Under the pieces are notes generated by a model. It did no database searches. It saw only the letters and a list, made by a program, of their open reading frames with translations, and was not told the origin of the DNA. From Candidatus Nanosynbacter sp. BB002 (lineage in GTDB: Bacteria; Patescibacteriota; Saccharimonadia; Saccharimonadales; Saccharimonadaceae): a DNA stretch of 32,000 nucleotides. Of this stretch, positions 23,862-30,201 are shown one piece after another. Position 1 is the first letter of the stretch, and each line of letters begins with the position of its first letter. The translations under genes were made by a program, and so were the position numbers. The DNA is taken from assembly GCF_037013405.1 (NCBI RefSeq), contig NZ_CP146064.1, forward strand, positions 270,001-302,000. The letters run 5' to 3'.

Positions 23862-25292
23862 TTTCCATGCCCAAATGCTGCCACTTGGCGTGTCGCGAAT
23901 GGCGATGCCAGCCGCCAACAGCTCATCGCGAATGCGGTCGGATTCTTGCCAGTCTTTCTCGGCGCGGGCGCTGCGTCGCTGGATGATCAATCTTTTCAAA
24001 TCGTCAGTGATGTCAGGGGTCGATGCCGCCAAATCCAAGCCTAAAACCTCATCGATAATTTCAATCAATTGCAACAAGCCGCCGCGATGGATTTTCTCTA
24101 ACGGCGCATGATCTAGCCGTGAAAACGCTTCGTCGATTAGAGCCAAGGCTCCTGGCGTATCCAAGTCATCATTCAGTTTTTCAACGAGCGCCTGCCGCGC
24201 CGCCAGTAGCGACACCGTGCCTTCCTGCTCGTCCTTCTCATCGTCATCATCCAGCGTGTCGTGCGTCTGGTGCCGCAGCGCCGCATAGCCACGCCAATGA
24301 TCCAGCCGGGCTTGGGCTGCTTCCAAAATCTCCCAGGTGAAATTGCCTTCGGTTTGGTAATGCTTGCTGAGAATCGCTAGCTTGAAGGCCATCGGGCTAA
24401 AGCCACGGGCGGTGATATCGCTAAGGGTGATGATGTTGCCCAGCGACTTACTCATCTTGCGGCTGTCGACTTTGATGTGGTTATTGTGCAGCCAAATTTG
24501 AGAGAATTGCTGCCCAGTCAGGCTCTCGCTCTGAGCAATTTCGTTGGTATGATGCACCGGAATGTGGTCGATGCCGCCAGTGTGAATGTCGATTGCATCA
24601 CCCAGCGTCTCCCGAGCGATGGTCGAGCATTCTAGGTGCCAACCTGGAAAACCGACGCCCCACGGGCTGTCCCATTCCATGTCGCGCTTGGCGTTGGTTG
24701 GTGAAAACTTCCAGACGGCGAAATCGGTGATGTTGCGCTTGCCTGCCACGCTGACCCGCGCGCCGGCCTCTAGGCCCGCCACGTCCAGTCGCGCCAATTT
24801 GCCATAATCCGGTAGTCGCGACGTATCAAAATACATACCATCGCCGTCAATCTTGTACAAAAATCCCTTTTCGTCCAGCCCCTTGGCAAAGTCGATCTGC
24901 TGCTGGATATAGTCTGTTGCCCGCACTAAATGGTCGGGCCGCACTAATTTCAATACCTCATATGCTTCGTGGTCGGCGATGGCGATGTACTGCTCGGCAA
25001 TATCCCAAGCGGTTTTCCCTTCGCGGCGCGCCCCCTTCTCCATCTTATCCTCGCCATTATCATCATCGCTGGTCAAATGCCCAACGTCAGTGATATTTTG
25101 CGTACGAATCACTGGAATGTCCTGCCAGCGCAACAAGCGCACCAATACATCCCAATAGATATAGCCAACCCAGTTGCCGATGTGCGGCTGCGAATACACC
25201 GTCAGCCCGCAGGTATACATGCGAACCGTCTGCCCGTCAAGCGGTTTTAGTTCATCTTTACGGCGAGTGAGGGTGTTGTAGAGCTGTATCAT
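23859..25292 (-). CDS. cysS: Cysteine--tRNA ligase
   Basis: The HIGH motif is QPHIGNWVGY and the KMSKS motif is RKMSKSLGN. The start MIQLYNTLTRRKDEL is the typical CysRS N-terminus. The promoter TTGAAA-17-TACAAT lies 7 nt upstream of the ATG. Confidence 0.95.
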   Translation of the reverse strand: MIQLYNTLTRRKDELKPLDGQTVRMYTCGLTVYSQPHIGNWVGYIYWDVLVRLLRWQDIPVIRTQNITDVGHLTSDDDNGEDKMEKGARREGKTAWDIAEQYIAIADHEAYEVLKLVRPDHLVRATDYIQQQIDFAKGLDEKGFLYKIDGDGMYFDTSRLPDYGKLARLDVAGLEAGARVSVAGKRNITDFAVWKFSPTNAKRDMEWDSPWGVGFPGWHLECSTIARETLGDAIDIHTGGIDHIPVHHTNEIAQSESLTGQQFSQIWLHNNHIKVDSRKMSKSLGNIITLSDITARGFSPMAFKLAILSKHYQTEGNFTWEILEAAQARLDHWRGYAALRHQTHDTLDDDDEKDEQEGTVSLLAARQALVEKLNDDLDTPGALALIDEAFSRLDHAPLEKIHRGGLLQLIEIIDEVLGLDLAASTPDITDDLKRLIIQRRSARAEKDWQESDRIRDELLAAGIAIRDTPSGSIWAWK

Positions 25293-25457
25293 CAACTCTA
25301 TTGTACGGCAGACAGGCCGCTTTTTCAAAGTTCGCTTTCGTCGTTTCCGACTCATCAGCACAGACACACATCTATGGAGCGAACTGACAAGCAGGAGAAT
25401 AATACCGCGGCGGAGAGAGCCGCCAGATAGAGTTCTCAGCGGCTTGCCAGTTCGGGT

Positions 25458-25718
25458 TCAGGAGAGAAATTGTTTAAGTTCTCTCTCGTCTATGGCGTAT
25501 AGAGTATAAGGGGTTTCCTTATACTCTAATTGTTGATACCGCTCAGCGGTATCAACAATTAGCAGAACCCTATGTGTCGGGTACTGGGCAATAGCGAAGA
25601 GAACTTCGCCATGCTTTAGATAGAAGGTAGCCTCCCCATAGGAGGAGGCCTCGATTCGGCGTCCGACTTTACCGGACGAAAGAGCTCTCATAATACGGTG
25701 GACGGTTTTTGTATCCAT
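25458..25718 (-). CDS. Small hypothetical protein (86 aa)
   Basis: This is an intact ORF with an SD-like GAGGAGAGAG upstream. It is transcribed divergently from the HExxH pair. I recognise no motif. Confidence 0.55.
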   Translation of the reverse strand: MDTKTVHRIMRALSSGKVGRRIEASSYGEATFYLKHGEVLFAIAQYPTHRVLLIVDTAERYQQLEYKETPYTLYAIDERELKQFLS

Positions 25719-25936
25719 CTTTCCACTCTCTCCTCATCCGAGCGGAGTGCTCGTGTTTTCCCTCAGGAAAAACACTGCTCAGCACCCGGATGGCGCGTGA
25801 GCAAGATGAGGTTTCATGGCGCCATTTTCACTTCAAAATACCACCACAAAATCTCACCTTGCTCTATTCTCAACTGCTTGTCAACATACAACTTTTGGAC
25901 AAAGCCATAAAACTTCGTCAACAAAAGTCTACTATC

Positions 25937-25965
25937 TTTATACCACTAATTAAATAAAATGTCAA
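25937..25965 (-). promoter_or_regulatory. Strong promoter facing the 86-aa gene; it implies a leader of about 210 nt
   Basis: On the minus strand: TTGACA (25965..25960), a 17-nt spacer, then TGG-TATAAA (-10 at 25942..25937). Confidence 0.55.
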
Positions 25966-26017
25966 CGTCTATCATCAAAGACACAGCCCTGATCCCCTGT
26001 TAGCCAAGGCATAATCA

Positions 26018-26046
26018 TTGACAGTATTAACAATATAGTGTATAAT
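26018..26046 (+). promoter_or_regulatory. Perfect consensus sigma70 promoter of HExxH paralog 1
   Basis: TTGACA (26018-26023), a 17-nt spacer, then TATAAT (26041-26046). Confidence 0.7.
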
Positions 26047-26055
26047 TTGATGACT

Positions 26056-26940
26056 ATGAGTGAGCGACGTCCTGGCAGCACATCACCCACGCGGCAGAGG
26101 TGGCACCCGATTAACAACCCGGCGGAGCTTGGGCGCATTCAGGACCAGTTGGTAGAAACGCTGGATCGTCCTGAAATCACTGACAAACTGGGAGGTTTGG
26201 CGCTGGAACTTGCCGAGGTTGCTCAGCAGCTACATCCTGTTACGTACAATAGGGATGGTATTGTCAGAGCGGATGAGTTGCTGGCGTCTGACCCGAACAG
26301 TATCCCGCTAGTTGGAAATACAAAATTCACCTCGCATTTTAAGCTTGCGCCAACGCCTATGCAACTTGAAGCCATCAACAAAAAGCTAACCAGCGATGAA
26401 TGTGGTCAAATATTAATTCCTCAGCTAGAGAGAGTGTTAGGTAGTAAATATAATAGCGAGATGATGAAGGTTGATCGTCCGAGTCTAGCTACATGTTGCG
26501 CAGTGACAAAATATTTTAATCTTACTAAAGACGATATTTCTCATGTTGCAGGTCGGCCTTTTATAGGCATGAACTCTACTGACATTGAACCAATCGACAT
26601 TGCGGTTATGGTCCATGAAGCGACGCACGCGTTGGATCATGTGAATACTCCATTCCTCTATGTTTGTGACAAAAAAGATCTATCAGCCGCCATGTTAACA
26701 GGTTTCAAATCTCGTCTTAAACTTGCTCGTGAGTTAAAGGCGTACGCGGTTGGCGACTGTGTCGAGCGGTATCTTGCCGAGACTCACGGGTTAATGGAGC
26801 GCGCTGCGTTAGCATCTCGCAGAGTTGAAGCTATCCGTCAGGAGGTCAATGGTCCCGTGACTGCAAAAGATGCCTTTGCGGTACATGATGATTTGGTGAA
26901 ACGTTTGATTGCAGCAGGCTTGGGTCATATTTATCAGTAG
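26056..26940 (+). CDS. HExxH (zincin-like) protein, paralog 1
   Basis: The motif VHEATHALDH is followed by a downstream Glu in RELKAYAVG. I saw no signal peptide. The start is ambiguous between the ATGs at 26050 and 26056. The ORF-track GTG at 26038 overlaps the -10 box. Confidence 0.75.
   Translation: MSERRPGSTSPTRQRWHPINNPAELGRIQDQLVETLDRPEITDKLGGLALELAEVAQQLHPVTYNRDGIVRADELLASDPNSIPLVGNTKFTSHFKLAPTPMQLEAINKKLTSDECGQILIPQLERVLGSKYNSEMMKVDRPSLATCCAVTKYFNLTKDDISHVAGRPFIGMNSTDIEPIDIAVMVHEATHALDHVNTPFLYVCDKKDLSAAMLTGFKSRLKLARELKAYAVGDCVERYLAETHGLMERAALASRRVEAIRQEVNGPVTAKDAFAVHDDLVKRLIAAGLGHIYQ
26842..26888 (+). repeat. Copy 1 of a 47-nt block (41 nt identical, 1 mismatch, then 5 identical) shared by the two HExxH genes
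   Basis: The sequence is GAGGTCAATGGTCCCGTGACTGCAAAAGATGCCTTTGCGGT-A-CATGA. It encodes EVNGPVTAKDAFAVH. Confidence 0.9.
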
Positions 26941-26963
26941 AGCTTATGTCTTGAGCCTTACAA

Positions 26964-26992
26964 TTGACAAAATACTAATTATAATGTATAAT
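26964..26992 (+). promoter_or_regulatory. Perfect consensus sigma70 promoter of HExxH paralog 2
   Basis: TTGACA (26964-26969), a 17-nt spacer, then TATAAT (26987-26992). The ATG lies 12 nt downstream. Confidence 0.7.
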
Positions 26993-27004
26993 AAAAAGAT
27001 AGTT

Positions 27005-27847
27005 ATGAGAGACGAACTGTACATCATTAACCCGTCAACCCCTAGCTATGATAACCCTATCCCGCTAGATTCTTTAAAGTACATGAAAGATAAACTATTA
27101 GGTGCTTTAGAGAATCCTGAGATACTTGATAAGCTGGGAGCGGTAGCCCTAGGGTTATATGACACGGCTCAAATGCTGGAGCCTATGGAATGGGTTGAGG
27201 GTGAAGAACTAGGAGATAGTCATCCTGACTCTGATTGGACGGATAAAAATATTATACCGCTTATTGGTTGTGATAAGTTTGTTATCTCTGGAAAACAGAT
27301 GTCTCATATGCCAGTCCAAAAAGCTAAAATAGACGAGGCTCTCGCCAGCGACAAGTATGCCGGAGTGTATGGCGATGAAATATATGATCAGATAAAGGCC
27401 TCGCCTGTTATGACAAAAGAGACAGGAAAGCTCACCGGATCTTGTCATACCAGTTTCTCCATGGTAACTGACATGGACCTTTATATATATTCTCGTCCTG
27501 TTGTCAGCGTAGCTAATAGTGGACTTATGGCTATCAATGTCGCCACTTTGTCTCACGAGACAGATCATGCGCGTGATTATGTTATGGACCCAGTTGTGGA
27601 GATATATCCCAAAGATGACCGAGCAAGACTCTGCTCTGAGCTGCGAGCCTATGCCGTAGGTAAGGTGTTTCAGGATCATCTAATGTACGAGGATAGAATG
27701 ATGTTGAGATACCCTAGTTTGTCCGATCGAGTAGAAAAGGTACGAAGAGAGGTCAATGGTCCCGTGACTGCAAAAGATGCCTTTGCGGTGCATGAGGGCA
27801 TAATTCAGCGCTTGGAGCAAGCGGGCCTGAGTTATATTTACAAATAG
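27005..27847 (+). CDS. HExxH (zincin-like) protein, paralog 2
   Basis: The motif SHETDHARDY is followed by SELRAYAVG. It shares PEI(T/L)DKLG, IPL(V/I)G and REVNGPVTAKDAFAVH with paralog 1. I chose the start MRDELY, which is downstream of the promoter. Confidence 0.75.
   Translation: MRDELYIINPSTPSYDNPIPLDSLKYMKDKLLGALENPEILDKLGAVALGLYDTAQMLEPMEWVEGEELGDSHPDSDWTDKNIIPLIGCDKFVISGKQMSHMPVQKAKIDEALASDKYAGVYGDEIYDQIKASPVMTKETGKLTGSCHTSFSMVTDMDLYIYSRPVVSVANSGLMAINVATLSHETDHARDYVMDPVVEIYPKDDRARLCSELRAYAVGKVFQDHLMYEDRMMLRYPSLSDRVEKVRREVNGPVTAKDAFAVHEGIIQRLEQAGLSYIYK
27749..27795 (+). repeat. Copy 2 of the 47-nt shared block
   Basis: The sequence is GAGGTCAATGGTCCCGTGACTGCAAAAGATGCCTTTGCGGT-G-CATGA. 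Confidence 0.9.
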
Positions 27848-27864
27848 TAAACCTGTCAAATGAT

Positions 27865-28854
27865 CTAGTCTATATCCTTTGCTTCTTCCAAAGCTCGGCT
27901 AGTTGCCTGGACCAGTTCCCGCACAATTTCCTCATAATCTTCGTACACCCGAAATCCAGCTGCATACGGATGGCCGCCGCCGCCGAAGTAGCCAGCCACA
28001 GTGTCGGCGATGGGCAGGTTGCCGCGCAGGCGGGCGGTCAGTTTACCGTCAGGATAGGTTTTGATGACGCAGCTGAGCGCCACGCCCTCGACCAACCGTA
28101 GTTCGTCGCCGATCAGCGCGCCGGGGTTGTAGGCGTCGCTGTAGGCTTGAATTTCCTCAAACGGCACGTGCACGAGCGCTAATTGCCCGTCCAGCAGATA
28201 TTCGATTCGCTCAATTAGCTTGCCTTTGTACGCCAAAATTTCTGGCGATTTTTTCATAAATTCACGTCGTCGTTCTTCAATTTCGGCGTTAGATGCACCG
28301 AGTGCGGTCAATTCACCAGCGACGTGAAAGGTCGACGCAGTGGTGTTTGGCGTGGTGAGGCCCAGGCTGTCAGACATGATGGCGATTAACAAATTTTCCG
28401 CTGCTTGCTGGTTGATGATCCAGCCGGCATGTGTGAACAATTGGTATAGTAATTCCCCAGTAGCCACTACGGTATCAGAGAGCATGGTGTGCTCAAAACT
28501 CAGCGTGGACTCGGCAGTGTGGTGGTCGATGACCAAAACTGGGTGCGTTTCCAAAAAATGCCGTACGCCCGGCGTTTCTAAGACCTTGCTGAGTAGCACG
28601 TCGGCGCTGGTATCCACGATGATAGCCAAGTCGGCATGGGCTGGAAAATCGCCAACTACCCGGTCCCAGCCGCGGATGTAGCGCAGATATTTGGGGATAT
28701 CAACTGGGCAATACAGTGTCACGGTCTTACCCAAATCACTCAGCACTTCCTCCAGCGCCAAGCTAGAACCCAGGCTGTCACCGTCAGGATTTTCAGCTTG
28801 GATGATGACGATGTTGTTGGCGGATTGGATGAGTTGTTGGGCGGTATCAAACAT
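27865..28854 (-). CDS. nrnA: DHH/DHHA1 phosphoesterase (NrnA-type oligoribonuclease / pAp phosphatase)
   Basis: Motifs seen are ENPDGDSLGS, VIDHHT and the DHHA1 motif GGGGHPYAAG. A TATAAT box lies 6 nt upstream of the ATG. Confidence 0.9.
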   Translation of the reverse strand: MFDTAQQLIQSANNIVIIQAENPDGDSLGSSLALEEVLSDLGKTVTLYCPVDIPKYLRYIRGWDRVVGDFPAHADLAIIVDTSADVLLSKVLETPGVRHFLETHPVLVIDHHTAESTLSFEHTMLSDTVVATGELLYQLFTHAGWIINQQAAENLLIAIMSDSLGLTTPNTTASTFHVAGELTALGASNAEIEERRREFMKKSPEILAYKGKLIERIEYLLDGQLALVHVPFEEIQAYSDAYNPGALIGDELRLVEGVALSCVIKTYPDGKLTARLRGNLPIADTVAGYFGGGGHPYAAGFRVYEDYEEIVRELVQATSRALEEAKDID

Positions 28855-28920
28855 GTCCTTATTATAGCAGACGAGGTTTTTACTGAGAGAGTGATAATAT
28901 GCGATAAATGGCCACTATTA

Positions 28921-28949
28921 TTGACAAAAAATAAAGTTTATGATAATAT
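28921..28949 (+). promoter_or_regulatory. Promoter of the surface-protein gene
   Basis: TTGACA, a 17-nt spacer, then TAATAT. A leader of about 40 nt follows, with the SD GAGGAG at 28984-28989. Confidence 0.65.
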
Positions 28950-28994
28950 GGACACATAAGGTCCGAGGTGAGGATCAAAAGAAGAGGAGTTTTT

Positions 28995-30149
28995 ATGAAT
29001 AAATTTAAGAAAATCGGTATAGCTATCTCTTTGGGGATTGCTCTCATCGGTGGTATTTGGATGGCGACTCCATCTAAGGCTGCCAACTGTAGTAACTTTA
29101 ACGTTGTCCACTGTGGTACCAATTCTCTGTCAGAATTGAAATCCGCATATGCTCGTCCAGAGATCAAATCATTGTACAACCAATGGTACATCAATGATGA
29201 GATGGTACAAGGCGGTTCAAACATGCGTGAAGGTGTGGTTGACGCTAACGGAAATATTACTGTTGATGGTCGTGTTGTTGCCACTAATGCAGTAACTGTC
29301 CAGGCAAAAGCTGGTACTCGCCAGGTGACGCCTTCTCGTCAGTATAGTGCTGCTGGTCACACCTACTACCAGTACACGACTGGCCAGAGCTTTATCGACG
29401 GTATTACCCGGTACAAAATTTATGCTTGGTTTGACAATGACGGTAAGTTCATCACTGGTGTGATCAAGGATTGTGGTAACCCGGTTTGGGGTCCGCCAAC
29501 AACCCCTCCAGCAAAGCCTGTGTTGACTTGTGATGCGATGCAAAAAACTGCAGTATCTCGCGATACTTTCAAGTTTAGCACTAAAGCGACTGCTAAGGGC
29601 GGCGCAAGTGTTACCAGCTACACCTACAACTTTGGTGACGGCACCACTAAAACGACTACCTCATCTGAAATTCAACACACATACGCAAAAGCTGGTAACT
29701 ATAAAGTTACCGTTACGGTGAATGGTAAAGAAGGCTCCAATGTTCAAAAAACTAGCCAAAACTGTCAGACCACTGTTACGGTTAATCCTGAGCCTACCAT
29801 GGAAGTCTGCCGATTATCCGACAAGAAGTACCCAGTAACTATCAAGGCTTCAGAATTTGACGCTAAGAAGCACTCAAAGAACCCGAACGACTGCAAGGAA
29901 GCTCCAGCTAAGATCAAGGTTTGTGTCATCGAAACGAAAGAGATTCGTGAGATTAAAAAGGAAGAGTTTACTGAGTCAAAGCACACGACTGACATGAGTA
30001 AGTGTCAACCAGCGCCAACGACTCCTACTCCTCCAACAACTCCTGAATTGCCACGGACTGGTACTGAGAACATGGTTGTTTCAGTACTGGGACTCGGTGG
30101 ATTGACTACGGCAGCTGTCGCCTACGTCATCAGTCGCCGCCGCTTGTAG
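28995..30149 (+). CDS. Sortase-anchored (LPXTG) surface protein with a PKD-like domain
   Basis: The signal peptide is MNKFKKIGIAISLGIALIGGIWMATPSKA. The PKD-like signature is YTYNFGDGTT...HTYAKAGNYKVTVTV. The C-terminus has LPRTG, a hydrophobic segment and then RRRL. Confidence 0.85.
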   Translation: MNKFKKIGIAISLGIALIGGIWMATPSKAANCSNFNVVHCGTNSLSELKSAYARPEIKSLYNQWYINDEMVQGGSNMREGVVDANGNITVDGRVVATNAVTVQAKAGTRQVTPSRQYSAAGHTYYQYTTGQSFIDGITRYKIYAWFDNDGKFITGVIKDCGNPVWGPPTTPPAKPVLTCDAMQKTAVSRDTFKFSTKATAKGGASVTSYTYNFGDGTTKTTTSSEIQHTYAKAGNYKVTVTVNGKEGSNVQKTSQNCQTTVTVNPEPTMEVCRLSDKKYPVTIKASEFDAKKHSKNPNDCKEAPAKIKVCVIETKEIREIKKEEFTESKHTTDMSKCQPAPTTPTPPTTPELPRTGTENMVVSVLGLGGLTTAAVAYVISRRRL

Positions 30150-30163
30150 ATAGTTGACGATGA

Positions 30164-30195
30164 AAAATACCCGCTTGATATCGAGCGGGTATTTT
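30164..30195. terminator. Bidirectional rho-independent terminator
   Basis: A perfect 12-bp stem AAAATACCCGCT / AGCGGGTATTTT with an 8-nt loop sits between two convergent genes. A- and T-runs lie on both sides. Confidence 0.85.
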
Positions 30196-30201
30196 GATTA
30201 G

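Noticed and set aside
25879-25966. Three GTCAAC motifs (25880, 25917, 25961) as possible operator repeats
   Set aside because: These are reverse complements of -35-like TTGAC(A/G) sequences, and only the third has a properly spaced -10. The spacing is irregular (37 and 44 bp) and a 6-mer occurring three times is not statistically meaningful.
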